From positions 1,176,203-1,240,202 of the forward strand of contig JBJBEO010000001.1 of assembly GCA_047284725.1 (NCBI GenBank): a DNA stretch of 64,000 nucleotides, read 5' to 3'. The translations under genes and the position numbers were made by a program. Numbering within the stretch: the stretch's first letter is position 1; each line of letters starts with the position of its first letter. This stretch comes from Synechococcus sp. Lineage in GTDB: Bacteria; Cyanobacteriota; Cyanobacteriia; PCC-6307; Cyanobiaceae. Of the stretch, positions 1-11,058 are shown piece by piece. The notes under the pieces were generated by a model that was given only the letters and a program-made list of their open reading frames with translations, was not told where the DNA came from and did not search any database.

Positions 1-2
1 AT

Positions 3-155
3 CAAGACCTCCCGGGTCTTCTGCAGAGGGCCAGTGCCGTGATCGATCACCTCGGCGAGGTTGACCATCGCCTCTCACAACGGTCAGGACCCCCTTGTGC
101 TGAGGGCATGATCACGCTGGAGTATCTGCAAAGGCTTCTCGATCCTTCCCGCTGA
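3..155 (+). CDS. 3' end of a probable HAD-superfamily (CbbY-like) hydrolase, truncated by window start
   Basis: Open frame QDLPGLLQRASAVIDHLGEVD...GMITLEYLQRLLDPSR*; its TGA overlaps the next ATG (TGATG); the 'A.AVIDHLGE' tail resembles CbbY/HAD C-termini. Confidence 0.55.
   Translation, partial: QDLPGLLQRASAVIDHLGEVDHRLSQRSGPPCAEGMITLEYLQRLLDPSR
24..24. other. No separate feature; position lies inside the truncated HAD CDS
   Basis: Placeholder row with no independent sequence support; disregard. Confidence 0.
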
Positions 156-490
156 TGGCGTTGCAGCTCACTCGCTATGAACGTCTTCAACGTCAGCTGG
201 GGCATCAGATCAGACCGGCCTTCGTGGGTCCCTGGAGACGTCGCAGCATCGGAGCCCTGGCTCTATTGATCGGCTTTTTCATCGGTAGCAATTTCACGAC
301 CTATTACCTCGAGGAGATCGGTCAACGGCCTGTCGTGGTGCTTGTACTGGTGCTCCTGATTGAGCTGGCCATCAGGCTGCGTACACGAGTCGTTGCCGAT
401 CCATGGCCACTGAAATGGTTGGCGATCGACAACCTGCGTCTGGGCGTGGTCTATGCAGTGGTGTTGGAGGCCTACAAACTTGGGTCTTGA
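155..490 (+). CDS. Ycf20/DUF565 family membrane protein
   Basis: Q.TR N-terminus, PWRRRS motif, three hydrophobic segments, C-terminal 'LEAYKLGS'. Confidence 0.85.
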   Translation: MALQLTRYERLQRQLGHQIRPAFVGPWRRRSIGALALLIGFFIGSNFTTYYLEEIGQRPVVVLVLVLLIELAIRLRTRVVADPWPLKWLAIDNLRLGVVYAVVLEAYKLGS

Positions 491-494
491 TCCG

Positions 495-1445
495 ATGCTG
501 TTTCGCCCCGAGGGGATCCCAGGTCACTCCACTGTGTTGGAGGAGCTCGGATGGTTGGATCCGCTTGAGTGGTATCGCACCTGGCAGGGGCGCGGTGGAG
601 CTGACCTGGGCGCCACGGCCTGGCCCTTCCCTGTGACGCCTGAATGGTTGTGGGGCGTTGGCTTTCCCCTGCTGACAGGCCTTGAGAAACGTGCCTCTTC
701 AGGTGTTCGTTCGGTGGTAGGTCTGAGTGGTTTGCCGGGTTGCGGTAAAACCAGCCTCGCCGCCTGGATCCAGCAGGTCAGCCATGAGCTTGGGCTGTCT
801 GTTGCCGTGGTCTCTCTGGATGATTTCTATTGGCCCGCAGAGGCCATGGATCTCGCCATGGCCGGCAATCCCTGGTCAGTTCCGAGAGCGCTGCCTGGCA
901 GTCATGACCTTGCACTGATGCAGCAATGTCTTCGGGCGTGGAGGGCGGGGGGTGAATGGAGCGCCCCTCACTTCGATAAATCCCTGCGTGAAGGTCGCGG
1001 CGATCGTGCTGGCTGGAGTAGTTCCCCTGCGGATGTGGTGCTGTTGGAGGGATGGTTCATCGGTGCATCCCCGGACGTTGGGACCGATCTGGATCCAGGC
1101 CTCAACCTGCCTGAGAAGGAGTACAGAACAGTGGTGCGTTCGGCGCTGAAGACGTATCAACCAATCTGGTCTGAGCTCAGTGAGCTCTGGCATCTGCGGG
1201 CACCCAGTGTGTCAGCCACGCGTCTGTGGAAATCACAACAGGAAGCCAGCATGGAGAAAGCGCGTGGAATCAGACTTCCTGACCGCGCCTTGTCACAATT
1301 CATTCGCATGATCGAATCTGCCCTTCCTCCGGAAGCCCTGCAGACAATCTCGATGGCCAATGTTGTTGTGGAGCTCACGGAGACTCGAGTCATCCGTGAG
1401 CTCCGCTGCGATCAGCTTTCGCTGTCGTCTTCGGAAACCGGATAG
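495..1445 (+). CDS. Plant-type D-glycerate 3-kinase-like P-loop kinase
   Basis: [34 protein letters not shown] and LEGW motifs; ATG 495 chosen just after the upstream stop. Confidence 0.8.
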   Translation: MLFRPEGIPGHSTVLEELGWLDPLEWYRTWQGRGGADLGATAWPFPVTPEWLWGVGFPLLTGLEKRASSGVRSVVGLSGLPGCGKTSLAAWIQQVSHELGLSVAVVSLDDFYWPAEAMDLAMAGNPWSVPRALPGSHDLALMQQCLRAWRAGGEWSAPHFDKSLREGRGDRAGWSSSPADVVLLEGWFIGASPDVGTDLDPGLNLPEKEYRTVVRSALKTYQPIWSELSELWHLRAPSVSATRLWKSQQEASMEKARGIRLPDRALSQFIRMIESALPPEALQTISMANVVVELTETRVIRELRCDQLSLSSSETG

Positions 1446-1585
1446 ACAAAGCCCTGAGCCCGGCCACTCAGAACGGATTTGCCGATTGACATGGCGCGCT
1501 GAGCAGCAGTGGCTGCCTTGGCCTTCCAGACGGCATGACGCTGATTGCGCTTGCTCTTGGAGGTTTTCTTCTTGGGTACAGCCAT
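1412..1585 (-). CDS. rpmF: 50S ribosomal protein L32 (57 aa, absent from ORF track)
   Basis: Hand translation [57 protein letters not shown]. Confidence 0.97.
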   Translation of the reverse strand: MAVPKKKTSKSKRNQRHAVWKAKAATAAQRAMSIGKSVLSGRAQGFVYPVSEDDSES

Positions 1586-1672
1586 TGCCGGCGGGTTTCT
1601 GCCAAACGGAGATCTTCCCCTGTCGAGAGTCCTCTCGTCAAATCGCTAGGCTTTCATCAATGCAACCTTGCC

Positions 1673-3550
1673 GTGAGTTCAGGCCTTTCGGAACGTCCTC
1701 AGAGCCCTGACAAGACGGCTCCTTCAACGTCTCAATATCCACTGATTTACAGCGATTTGCTCAGGCAAATCAGAGCCGGAGAGATCAAAGAGCTGATTTT
1801 GATTCCAGCACGTCGAGAAGTGACGGCGATCTACCCCGATGGTCGTCGGGTGCTGGTTCCGATCCTTGCCAATAATCAGCAGATCCTGCGCACCGCTGAG
1901 TCCGCAGGAGTGCCTCTCAAGGTCAAGGACATTCGAGGTGAACAGGCCATGGCCGGTGTCGCCGGCAATCTCGGCCTGATTCTGCTGATCGTGGTGGGAT
2001 TGTCGTTTTTGTTGCGGCGCTCAGCGCAGGTGGCCAATCGCGCCATGGGCTTTGGCCGCAGTCAACCTCGGGTCAAACCCCAAGACGACCTCACGGTGCG
2101 TTTCGAAGACGTCGCAGGCATCAGTGAGGCCAAGGATGAACTGCAGGAAGTGGTCACGTTCCTGCGAGAACCCGAGAGTTTCATTCGACTGGGAGCCAAG
2201 ATCCCCAGAGGTGTGCTCTTGGTCGGTCCTCCCGGAACCGGTAAGACCCTGTTGGCCAAGGCGATCGCCGGCGAAGCGGGTGTTCCGTTTTTCTCGATGG
2301 CGGCTTCTGAGTTTGTGGAACTCTTTGTGGGTGTCGGCGCCTCTCGGGTCCGTGATCTGTTCAGACAGGCCAAGGAGAAATCACCCTGCATCGTCTTTAT
2401 TGATGAAATTGATGCGGTTGGCCGCCAGCGTGGTGCCGGAATCGGTGGGGGCAACGACGAGCGGGAACAGACGCTCAACCAATTGCTCACTGAGATGGAT
2501 GGGTTTGCTGATAACTCTGGGGTCATCCTGCTGGCCGCCACCAACCGGGCTGACGTGCTCGATACGGCTTTGATGCGCCCGGGTCGCTTCGATCGGCGCA
2601 TCATGGTGGACCTTCCCGATCGCCGTGGTCGTGAGGCGATCCTGTCGGTGCATGCCCGCACCAGACCTCTTCAGGACGATGTTGATCTTGGTGATTGGGC
2701 CCAGCGCACACCGGGGTTTTCTGGTGCTGACCTTGCCAACCTTCTCAATGAAGCCGCGATCCTGACGGCGCGCGATCAGGCGACGGCCATCGGTGACGAG
2801 CAGATCGAACGGGCCCTTGAGCGAATCACGATGGGATTGACGGCTGCACCCCTTCAAGACAACGCCAAAAAGCGTCTGATTGCTTATCACGAGATCGGTC
2901 ATGCGCTTGTTGCGGCGTTGACCCCCCACGCCGACAAGGTCGACAAAGTCACCTTGTTGCCCCGCAGTGGCGGTGTGGGCGGATTCACGCGGTTTTGGCC
3001 CGATGAGGAGGTGATCGACTCCGGTCTTCTCACCAAGGCGGCGCTACGGGCTCGCTTGGTTGTTGCCCTGGGAGGAAGGGCTGCAGAGATGGTGGTGTTC
3101 GGAGATGCCGAGGTCACGCAGGGAGCGAGCGGGGATCTTCAGGTGGTGAGCCAGTTGGCGCGTGAGATGGTCACCCGTTTCGGCTTTTCTGCGCTTGGGC
3201 CCGTGGCACTCGAAGCCGGCGGCAATGAAGTCTTCCTGGGGCGCGATCTTGTGCATACACGACCGTCCTATGCGGAAAGTACAGGACGCCAGATTGATAC
3301 CCAGATCAGGGACCTTGCCAAAGAGGCCCTGGCTCAGGCCGTGTCTTACCTCGAGCCCCGTCGCGAGACGATGGATCGTCTTGTGGATGCGCTCATCACT
3401 GAAGAAACCCTGCATACAGAGCGGTTCTTAAAGCTTGCTGGTCTGCAGGCTCCTCAGCCTCAGAGTCCGCCTCGGTCTCAACCGCTTGCGTCTGGCGACC
3501 ATGACCTGCTTGAGTCAGCTCGACGATCTGTCGGTCGGGGAACGTCCTGA
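1673..3550 (+). CDS. ftsH: ATP-dependent zinc metalloprotease FtsH
   Basis: Walker A GPPGTGKT, Walker [17 protein letters not shown] zinc motif; start moved to GTG 1673 because the ORF-track start overlaps rpmF (start approximate). Confidence 0.95.
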   Translation: MSSGLSERPQSPDKTAPSTSQYPLIYSDLLRQIRAGEIKELILIPARREVTAIYPDGRRVLVPILANNQQILRTAESAGVPLKVKDIRGEQAMAGVAGNLGLILLIVVGLSFLLRRSAQVANRAMGFGRSQPRVKPQDDLTVRFEDVAGISEAKDELQEVVTFLREPESFIRLGAKIPRGVLLVGPPGTGKTLLAKAIAGEAGVPFFSMAASEFVELFVGVGASRVRDLFRQAKEKSPCIVFIDEIDAVGRQRGAGIGGGNDEREQTLNQLLTEMDGFADNSGVILLAATNRADVLDTALMRPGRFDRRIMVDLPDRRGREAILSVHARTRPLQDDVDLGDWAQRTPGFSGADLANLLNEAAILTARDQATAIGDEQIERALERITMGLTAAPLQDNAKKRLIAYHEIGHALVAALTPHADKVDKVTLLPRSGGVGGFTRFWPDEEVIDSGLLTKAALRARLVVALGGRAAEMVVFGDAEVTQGASGDLQVVSQLAREMVTRFGFSALGPVALEAGGNEVFLGRDLVHTRPSYAESTGRQIDTQIRDLAKEALAQAVSYLEPRRETMDRLVDALITEETLHTERFLKLAGLQAPQPQSPPRSQPLASGDHDLLESARRSVGRGTS

Positions 3551-3598
3551 GCTCACTCTTGATGAGCTGATTAATTTGGGATAGCTGATCGTTCGGGA

Positions 3599-6463
3599 TT
3601 GAGTCGTCCCACCCGACCCAGGAATCGTCAGGGGTTCTTCAGCCAGCACCGCCTTCGGTTCTGGCTTTGTCTTGTCACCCTCGTTCTCGCTCTTGCAGCA
3701 GTCGCTCGGCTGCAGGTTGAGTGGCTCTGGTTTCAGCAGTTCTCTCTTGAAACGGTTGTTCTGCGTCGTTGGCTGTTGCAGGCTGCAGGATTTCTGGCGG
3801 CCGCCTGTCTGGCCCTGGCGGGTGCTCTCTGGCGCCACAACTGGTTGAGGCTGGGTCGACGTGACCTCTCGGTGGATCGGGAGGATCCTCACAGGCTGGC
3901 AATGGCAGGGCTCCGGTACACCTTTGTGCTGGTGCTTTGTGGTTGTGTCGTCGTCTTCGACCTGCTGGTGTTGGCCCGTCTGGCCTGGCTCGCCTGGTTG
4001 ACCCCCTTTCGTTTGGGGCAGTGGTGGGAACAACCCGTGGATGCAGCCAGTGTGATCACAGCAACAGTGGCCGGGTTCATCGCCCTTGCGGTGGGTCTCA
4101 CCCAGCGTCGTGCCATGGCCGCTGTGTTCTGGCTGGGAAGCTTGTTGACCTGCTTCACAGCGGCACGGGCCTGGGGGCTCTGGGCCCTGGCACTCACCAT
4201 TCCATCAACGGGTGAGGTCGAGCCTCTGTTCGGAGCTGATGTGAGCTTCGGGCTTGGACGGTTCTCGGCCCTGGCGTTGCTGTGGCAACTGTTGCTGGCT
4301 CAGCTGGTGCTGACGGTTGGTACAGCCCTGCTGGTGCGATTCACGCGATCGCCAGCCCTGACTGACTGGCGATTTGATGGACTGCTGCCGATTGAGCGTC
4401 GACGCTTGCGCCCCCTGCTTGCCGTTGTTCTCGGGCTCCTGGCAGCACTTCTCTGGCTCTCGCGTCATCAGATGCTCTGGACGCAGGATGGTGTGGTGGC
4501 CGGTGCTGGCTGGCTCGATGTCCATTTCGTGTTGCCTTTGCGCCAATCGGCGTCGATCGCGCTGTTTGCCCTGGCCGCACTGGTCTTCCCCCTGCCTGGT
4601 TCGATTCCACGGCGACGTTGGCGATTACTGGCTGCTGCTGTGCTGTTTGGTGCCCTCATCCTTGAAGTGGTGATGACACCAGCGTTGCAGTGGTTGGTGG
4701 TCAAACCAAGGGAATTGACGCTTGAAACCCCTTATTTAGATCATGCAATCACGGCGACACGAAATGCTTTTCAACTGAATGAAGTCTCTTCCCAGTCGTT
4801 CAACCCGGCCCCGCGCCTGCGTCCTCAGGATCTGATGGAGGGTGCTTCCACGCGGCGCAATGTGCGCCTTTGGGATAGCCAACCTCTGCTGGCAACAAAC
4901 CGGCAACTGCAACAACTGAGGCTTTATTACCGTTTCTCCAATGCAGCCGTTGATCGCTACCAACTGGCTCCGGATCAGGACCAGCGCCAACAAGTGATCA
5001 TCGCCGCTCGTGAGCTCGATCAGGCGTCATTGCCTGAGCGTTCTCGAACCTGGTTGAACCGTCATTTCGTCTTCACCCATGGCTACGGTTTCACACTCAG
5101 TCCTGTCAATACGAAGGCAACCGACAACCTGCCTGAATACTTCATCAGTGATCTAGGCAAGTCCACTCGGATTACAGGAAATGCGTCCTTGGATATTAGT
5201 CGCGAGGACGTCATGGAACGGGTGCCGATCGGTCGAGCAGCGCTCTATTTCGGCATGTTGCCTTCGCCCTATGCGGTGGCACCGACCGACGTGCCGGAAT
5301 TTGACTTTCCCGAAGGTGATGTCAATAAATACACCCACTATTCCGGGCAGGCGGGTGTGCCACTGTCCAACGCCTGGCAGCGACTTACTGCTGCGATTTA
5401 TCTCAAAGAGCCTCGATTACTCAACACCCCCTCTCTGCAGTCAACGTCGAAACTGCTGATTCGTCGGGATGTCCGCCAGCGTTTACAGGCACTTGCTCCA
5501 TTCCTGGCTTTCCATGGCGACCCCTATCTCGTGTCCGTGCCTATCGAGGGGAATCATCCTGGTTACGTCTCAGAACAACATCAATATTGGATTGTTGATG
5601 CCTATACAGAGTCGAAGACTTATCCTTATTCAGCGGATCTCCCTGATGGCAGCTCCCTTCGTTATGCACGTAATTCCGTGAAGGCAGTGGTTGATGCCTA
5701 TAACGGCAGCGTCCATCTGTATGTCTCTGAGCCTGAAGATCCCATCATCCTTGGATGGCAGGCACTCTTCCCAGAACTGTTTCAGCCACTCGATGCCATG
5801 CCTGCAGAGTTACAGGCTCATCTGATGGTTCCAAATCATCTGTTTGAATTGCAGGTTCAGCAGTTATTGCGATATCACGTGACTGACCCACGCACGTTTT
5901 ATAGCGGTGATGATGTTTGGCAAGTGCCAAAGGAGACCTATGGCAAGCGTCAGATTCCCGTTGCTCCTTATCACATTACGGCTCAGATCAACTCAGCCAA
6001 CCCCTCTGAATTCCTTCTGCTTCAGCCTCTGACACCGCTGGCACGACCCAACCTGGCTGCCTGGCTTGTTGCCCGCAGTGATGGTCCTCATTACGGCGAG
6101 CTTGTGTTGTTGCGCTTTCCATCCGAGCGGCGGATCTTTGGTCCTGAACAAATTCAGGCACTCATCAATCAGAATCCCCTGATCAGTCAGAAATTTGGTT
6201 TATGGGATCGTGCAGGTTCTGAGGTGGTACAGGGCAATCTGTTGGTGCTTCCGATTGGTGAAGCGTTGCTTTACGTGGAGCCTGTGTATCTACGGGCGAG
6301 TCGTGGAGGCCTGCCAACGCTGATTCGCGTTGTTGTAAGCGACGGCAGCCGTGTTGCCATGGATTCCAATCTGACTGATGCGCTGAAGGCATTGATTGGA
6401 GATGAATCATCAACTTCTCTGGTTCAAGACCTTTCGCTGACGCCAGAACCCTCCCTTGACTGA
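3599..6463 (+). CDS. UPF0182 family membrane protein
   Basis: EWLWF, multi-TM N-half, NVRLWD, VDRY, YTHG-like FTHGYG, YWIVDAYT..TYPYS, RNSVKAVVDAYNG, LYVEPVYL motifs. Confidence 0.92.
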   Translation: MSRPTRPRNRQGFFSQHRLRFWLCLVTLVLALAAVARLQVEWLWFQQFSLETVVLRRWLLQAAGFLAAACLALAGALWRHNWLRLGRRDLSVDREDPHRLAMAGLRYTFVLVLCGCVVVFDLLVLARLAWLAWLTPFRLGQWWEQPVDAASVITATVAGFIALAVGLTQRRAMAAVFWLGSLLTCFTAARAWGLWALALTIPSTGEVEPLFGADVSFGLGRFSALALLWQLLLAQLVLTVGTALLVRFTRSPALTDWRFDGLLPIERRRLRPLLAVVLGLLAALLWLSRHQMLWTQDGVVAGAGWLDVHFVLPLRQSASIALFALAALVFPLPGSIPRRRWRLLAAAVLFGALILEVVMTPALQWLVVKPRELTLETPYLDHAITATRNAFQLNEVSSQSFNPAPRLRPQDLMEGASTRRNVRLWDSQPLLATNRQLQQLRLYYRFSNAAVDRYQLAPDQDQRQQVIIAARELDQASLPERSRTWLNRHFVFTHGYGFTLSPVNTKATDNLPEYFISDLGKSTRITGNASLDISREDVMERVPIGRAALYFGMLPSPYAVAPTDVPEFDFPEGDVNKYTHYSGQAGVPLSNAWQRLTAAIYLKEPRLLNTPSLQSTSKLLIRRDVRQRLQALAPFLAFHGDPYLVSVPIEGNHPGYVSEQHQYWIVDAYTESKTYPYSADLPDGSSLRYARNSVKAVVDAYNGSVHLYVSEPEDPIILGWQALFPELFQPLDAMPAELQAHLMVPNHLFELQVQQLLRYHVTDPRTFYSGDDVWQVPKETYGKRQIPVAPYHITAQINSANPSEFLLLQPLTPLARPNLAAWLVARSDGPHYGELVLLRFPSERRIFGPEQIQALINQNPLISQKFGLWDRAGSEVVQGNLLVLPIGEALLYVEPVYLRASRGGLPTLIRVVVSDGSRVAMDSNLTDALKALIGDESSTSLVQDLSLTPEPSLD

Positions 6464-6485
6464 GTTTTGAAGAGTCTCAGGGCCA

Positions 6486-6514
6486 AGAAAAAACCGCCCC
6501 ATGGGGGCGGTTCT
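6486..6514. terminator. Intrinsic terminator between convergent UPF0182 and peroxiredoxin genes
   Basis: AACCGCCCC-ATG-GGGGCGGTT stem preceded by an A-tract (U-tract on the minus strand). Confidence 0.8.
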
Positions 6515-6533
6515 CAGAGCGCAGACGTGTGGC

Positions 6534-7136
6534 TCAGTTGACTGCAGCGAAAAACTCCTTGCTGCCAACGGGGTCGGGCTTCATGGTCTTTTCTCCAGGA
6601 GTCCAGTTGGCGGGACAGACCTCATCGGGATGGGACTGCACATACTGGAAGGCTTGCAGCACACGAAGCGTTTCATCAACGTTCCGGCCGACGGGCAGGT
6701 TGTTGATGGTGGAGTGCATGATCACACCATCCGGATCGATAATGAACAGACCACGCAGAGCCACACCGGCCTCATCGTCGAGAACGTTGTAGGCAGTCGA
6801 GATCTCCTTCTTCAGGTCAGCAACGAGGGGATAGCTGATATCGCCAAGGCCGCCCTGATTGCGAGGGGTCTGAATCCAGGCCAGATGGCTGAACTGGCTG
6901 TCCACGGACACGCCCAGCACTTCAGTGTTCTTGCTGGAGAATTCTGCGTAGCGATCGCTGAACGCGGTGATCTCCGTGGGGCACACGAAGGTGAAGTCGA
7001 GGGGATAGAAGAACAGAACCACGTACTTGCCGCGATACTGCGACAGGGTGATCTCCTTGAATTCCTGGTCAACCACTGCGGTGGCAGTGAAGTCGGGGGC
7101 CTGCTGGCCCACACGCAGACAGCCTGTGGCAGTCAT
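6534..7136 (-). CDS. 2-Cys peroxiredoxin (AhpC/TSA family)
   Basis: [14 protein letters not shown] and resolving EVCPANW motifs; start at [10 protein letters not shown]. Confidence 0.95.
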   Translation of the reverse strand: MTATGCLRVGQQAPDFTATAVVDQEFKEITLSQYRGKYVVLFFYPLDFTFVCPTEITAFSDRYAEFSSKNTEVLGVSVDSQFSHLAWIQTPRNQGGLGDISYPLVADLKKEISTAYNVLDDEAGVALRGLFIIDPDGVIMHSTINNLPVGRNVDETLRVLQAFQYVQSHPDEVCPANWTPGEKTMKPDPVGSKEFFAAVN

Positions 7137-7307
7137 GATGGAAGAGCGATGGTGAAGCTCCGGCACTCGAACACTCGCTATACGAAGTCGATTCGACTAC
7201 CAGTTGCTCGCATCAATTTATCACGGAGATTCGATCCGGTTCCGGTGCCGTTATCCAGAGGGTTCAGCCCCCTTGAAAGATAGACTGGTCTGATGATCAA
7301 GCGTTCA

Positions 7308-7586
7308 ATGGCCTGGGATCAGGCCTTGCTCAGAAAATTCAGCAGCACCGGTCATTTCCGTTTGCTCAATCAGGTCCGCAGCGAGCTGAAGGCCCAGCCC
7401 CTTGCCAGGGACCCTCACACCAAGGCCTTGATGCTGCAGGCCCGCCCCATGCGTGGTCAGTCGGTTCGCGCTCAGCGTCGACCCAACGCCCTGGAGGCCA
7501 CCCACGGAGAAGGATCGACGGCAGATCAATCATTGGATACGCCCCGATCATTCCGTGATCGGTTGAATGCGATAGAAATGCGTTGA
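7308..7586 (+). CDS. Hypothetical protein
   Basis: MAWDQALLRKFSSTGHFRLLNQVRSELK...; fills the gap between prx and a terminator, typical codon usage. Confidence 0.7.
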   Translation: MAWDQALLRKFSSTGHFRLLNQVRSELKAQPLARDPHTKALMLQARPMRGQSVRAQRRPNALEATHGEGSTADQSLDTPRSFRDRLNAIEMR

Positions 7587-7619
7587 GAGTTTGTTTCTTG
7601 ATCGATGGTCGTATCAATC

Positions 7620-7652
7620 AAAAAGCCCAGCTATTTAATAGCTGGGCTTTTT
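7620..7652. terminator. Bidirectional intrinsic terminator
   Basis: AAAAAGCCCAGCTATT-T-AATAGCTGGGCTTTTT inverted repeat with A/T tracts on both sides, downstream of the tRNA and the hypothetical gene. Confidence 0.9.
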
Positions 7653-7658
7653 GCTAAA

Positions 7659-7732
<74 letters not shown>

Positions 7733-7768
7733 ACAACTCAGATAGTTTAAACGATCGACCGTCCCCGA

Positions 7769-8809
7769 TTAGGCGCGTCGACTGGGCAGAACAGCCATCG
7801 GGTCGACCGCAGCACCACCAGGTTTTCGGATCTCAAAATGCAAGTGGGGACCTGTGCTGCGACCGGTGCTTCCCATCAGGGAAATGGTCTGGCCTTGGGG
7901 AACAATCTGCCCTTTGCGTACCAACAAACGACTGTTGTGGGCGTAACGGGTGGAAGAGCCGTCTCTGTGGTTGATTTCAACCAGATACCCATAGCCGCTA
8001 CTCCATCCCGAGTAGGCCACAATCCCGTCTTTCGCGGCCAAAATGGGGGTTCCAACGTTGTTGGCGATGTCGATGCCTTTGTGCATGCGTCCCCACCTCC
8101 ATCCATAACCAGAGGTGAAGACACCTTTTGCGGGCCATCGGAAGGATTGGTTCAGGCGAGGGATGGAACCGCCTGGAAGTGAAGGCAAAGATGGCCAGCT
8201 GGCGCCACCGGAAACGCCAGGACGAATGGCCAGCACAGCGCCTGGAGCGGCATTGGCAACTCGGATGTTGCTCCCAATTACAAGCCTCGCGAGATTGACA
8301 CCGGGATTGAGTTTGCGCAGGTCGGAAATGGTGAGACCGTGGCGCGTGGCGATCGATGACACGGAATCTCCGTTGGACACCTTCACGACATCCACAGAGG
8401 CTGGAGGGGGAGGTGTCAGTGGAGCACTCGTCTTGATCTGCCCGGAGTTGAGATGGGTGGAGAGGGCGATCAGACGTCGGTTTATCTCAGGAAGGACAAC
8501 CCAACTGCCTTTCTTCAGCGTCTGGTTGTCCGATGCTTCATTCAGCGTTTTGAGGGTTTCAACCTTCAGGTTGAGGTCTTCGGCGAGTTCTTTAGGTGTG
8601 GTGTCAGCGACAAGTTGAACCCAGATACGCTTTGCTTGGGCAGGAGGAGAGGCGCTCGCGAGCAGAAACTCCTGTGCTGCGGTGCTGTGACGTCGTTCGG
8701 CGATACCAGGATCCCCTCCAAGGGCGGTGAGGCCGACCACTGGGACCGAAGAGGTCACGACAAGAGCAAGAAGAGGCCTCATTGCAGGTGATGAAAGGAC
8801 TCGGATCAC
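7769..8809 (-). CDS. LysM-domain M23 family peptidoglycan endopeptidase
   Basis: Signal-like N-terminus, LysM (VSNGDSVSSIATRHGLTISDLRKLNP), M23 HKGIDIA, YAHN and GPHLHFE motifs; start uncertain. Confidence 0.9.
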   Translation of the reverse strand: MIRVLSSPAMRPLLALVVTSSVPVVGLTALGGDPGIAERRHSTAAQEFLLASASPPAQAKRIWVQLVADTTPKELAEDLNLKVETLKTLNEASDNQTLKKGSWVVLPEINRRLIALSTHLNSGQIKTSAPLTPPPPASVDVVKVSNGDSVSSIATRHGLTISDLRKLNPGVNLARLVIGSNIRVANAAPGAVLAIRPGVSGGASWPSLPSLPGGSIPRLNQSFRWPAKGVFTSGYGWRWGRMHKGIDIANNVGTPILAAKDGIVAYSGWSSGYGYLVEINHRDGSSTRYAHNSRLLVRKGQIVPQGQTISLMGSTGRSTGPHLHFEIRKPGGAAVDPMAVLPSRRA

Positions 8810-8892
8810 GAGACGTCGCCACGACCTCGGAATTGAGCGGAAGGTAACGGTTCAAACACTCCCTCGCAAGGGGCTTTGGCACAGGTTGTCAA

Positions 8893-9369
8893 TCACCACA
8901 ACCCGAGCTTCAGGCCGGCCTGAAAGGTCACCAGAGCACACGACACAGACAGATTGAGGCTGCGCACGTGTTGGTGTCCTCGCATCGGAATCGTGCAGAT
9001 CTGATCGCATTGCCGGCGGATCTCGGTGGGGAGGCCTGTGTCTTCCCGTCCGAACAGCAAGACATCACCCGACTGAAACTCGAACGTGCTCAGGCTTTGA
9101 CCTTGGTGCCGGCTGCAGCCGATCAGTCGGTGCGGGTGTGGCAAGGCGGCTTCAAAGGCCTCAAAGTCTGAATGGGTGCTCACGTCAACGTGTGGCCAGT
9201 AATCCAGACCGGCACGTTTGAGAGTTTTGTCGTCGATGCTGAAACCCAAGGGCTCAATCAACGACAGAGGCAATTGAAAAGCGGCACAGCTGCGGGCGAT
9301 GTTGCCGGTGTTGGGGGGGATTCTCGGCTCGAACAGGGCAACCCTGAGGGGGGATGGAGCAAGTGTCAT
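8893..9369 (-). CDS. trmL: tRNA (cytidine(34)-2'-O)-methyltransferase, SPOUT family
   Basis: PRIPPNTGNIAR, RAGLDYW, FGREDTGL, RSLNLS. Confidence 0.92.
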   Translation of the reverse strand: MTLAPSPLRVALFEPRIPPNTGNIARSCAAFQLPLSLIEPLGFSIDDKTLKRAGLDYWPHVDVSTHSDFEAFEAALPHPHRLIGCSRHQGQSLSTFEFQSGDVLLFGREDTGLPTEIRRQCDQICTIPMRGHQHVRSLNLSVSCALVTFQAGLKLGLW

Positions 9370-9908
9370 ACGCGGACTCCGATCGCGTGAAGGTCAATGG
9401 CACGACCTTGCACCACAAGCCAACTGCGTCGGCTGACTTGTTCCAGCTCCTGAGCCAGTGAGCCGAGTCGGTCTCGAAACATGCCCCCGATCGGGGTGGC
9501 TGGAACGACGCCCCAGCCTGTTTCTTCAATCACGATCACAACGCGTGTTCTGCGCTTGCTGAGGCAATCGAGGAACTGGGCGCATTGTTGTGACCATGCA
9601 ACGGTGTCCAGGTTGAGTCCCCACGCCACAAAGCCCCCTAAGGAATCAATCAGAACAGCGTGTTCCTCGGGAAGGCTAGAAATATCCTCAGCAATGCCAA
9701 GGTCAGTTTCCAACATTGTCCAGTGCGCGGGCCTTCGTTCTCTGTGCACTCGAATGCGCTGTTGCCAGTTGTCATCCTTGGGTCTGGGGGCTGACGTGGC
9801 CACGTAAGTGACTTGATCGTGGCCTTTGACCAGGGATTCCGCCCAACGGCTTTTGCCGCTGCGGCTTGGGCCGCTCACCAAGACAAGGCCGGCTTCATCC
9901 ACCGCCAT
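9366..9908 (-). CDS. cobU: Adenosylcobinamide kinase / adenosylcobinamide-phosphate guanylyltransferase
   Basis: GPSRSGKSRWAE, RIRVHRERRP, EETGWGVVP, FRDRLG. Confidence 0.92.
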   Translation of the reverse strand: MAVDEAGLVLVSGPSRSGKSRWAESLVKGHDQVTYVATSAPRPKDDNWQQRIRVHRERRPAHWTMLETDLGIAEDISSLPEEHAVLIDSLGGFVAWGLNLDTVAWSQQCAQFLDCLSKRRTRVVIVIEETGWGVVPATPIGGMFRDRLGSLAQELEQVSRRSWLVVQGRAIDLHAIGVRV

Positions 9909-11043
9909 TCATGCCCCGCAGTGTGGCGACAGAGGAAGGACTGACGCGGTTGAGATAGCGGAAAATCCAGTATTTGAAGATCGTCGCCAGAATCACTGGA
10001 AAGGTGGCGATGAAAAGCAGGACGAAGTTTTCACGAGCTGGAAAACCGAAGTGGTTGGCAATTCCCCCAAGCAGGACGGTCCACCCTTCCGGACTGTGGA
10101 AACCGACGAAGATATCCGTGAACAGGATGATCGCAAAAGCCTTGGCGGAATCGCTCAGGCCGTAGACCGCTTCATCAAAAAAACCGCGGAGGACATTGAG
10201 CTCTTCACGACTGGTGAAACAGACCACGACAAAAGCCAGCAGGGCTGCCAGGTCTGCCAGGACATTTTTGATGGCATGGGTGCTGGCTGCGTCAGCTTCC
10301 TCTTTGAGCTCCTCGGCTTTGACCGACAGGGCCTGCTGCAGTTCCTCCTGGGAGGGGATGGCTTTTCCCTTCAGTAACGCATCGAATTCAATCTCGGCCT
10401 TGTAGACCCTCAGTTTTTCTACGGCCTCTTCTTCGAGTTGAGGTTTGGGGTAGCTGAGGAACGGAAGATCGGGGGCAAAACGATCCACCATGGGACTGAT
10501 CAGGTAGGTGCGGCTGACCTGCTGAACCAGGAGTGGAACCAGGATCAATAACAGGAGCACCTTGAGGGAGATCAAGGTGGAATCCCGCCGCCGCCTGAAG
10601 CCTGCCACCAAGGTCGCTTCTGCGGTGGGATCGAGCTGTCTGCGGACGGAGTCAATCACCCCGAGCAGAGATCGCGGCAGAGGATCAGGATCACGACTCA
10701 TGGTCGGCGCAGCAGTCGTGCGCCGGGGGGAATAACGATTGACCACAGCCTCGATCAACTGCAGCTGACGCAGTTCCTGGGTGTCGAACTGGCCACGAAT
10801 GGGCTCCAGTATGTCGAGGCTGTTCCTGCAGATCGTCAGAGCAGTCTTGAACTTGCGCAGGATCGTGGCCTGTACCGAGCTGGGCACCGACAGTTCGAGA
10901 CCTGGTCGAATCGGCCGATCTCCGTAGTACTCGAGCTCCAGGCTCTGAATCAAGAGAGCCGCTTCGTAGCCCCGTTCGAGATCACTGGTGAGGTCGCGGA
11001 CTTTGGCCTGCCCAAATGTATTGATCCAATTGCGAAGTGCCAT
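9895..11043 (-). CDS. pxcA: Proton extrusion protein PxcA/CotA (CemA family)
   Basis: LSDSAKAFAIILFTDIFVGFHSPEGW and FPVILATIFKYWIFRYLNRVSPS CemA signatures. Confidence 0.93.
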   Translation of the reverse strand: MALRNWINTFGQAKVRDLTSDLERGYEAALLIQSLELEYYGDRPIRPGLELSVPSSVQATILRKFKTALTICRNSLDILEPIRGQFDTQELRQLQLIEAVVNRYSPRRTTAAPTMSRDPDPLPRSLLGVIDSVRRQLDPTAEATLVAGFRRRRDSTLISLKVLLLLILVPLLVQQVSRTYLISPMVDRFAPDLPFLSYPKPQLEEEAVEKLRVYKAEIEFDALLKGKAIPSQEELQQALSVKAEELKEEADAASTHAIKNVLADLAALLAFVVVCFTSREELNVLRGFFDEAVYGLSDSAKAFAIILFTDIFVGFHSPEGWTVLLGGIANHFGFPARENFVLLFIATFPVILATIFKYWIFRYLNRVSPSSVATLRGMNGGG

Positions 11044-11058
11044 GGAGGGTGCCGAGGA

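Noticed and set aside
1535..1672. N-terminal extension of FtsH in the ORF track
   Set aside because: It overlaps rpmF on the opposite strand and its promoter region; a downstream start is more plausible.
6501..7283. 260-aa ORF antisense to peroxiredoxin, and similar shadow ORFs (e.g. 21910-22809, 49481-50371, 35301-36044)
   Set aside because: Antisense shadows of well-supported genes, expected from high-GC codon bias.
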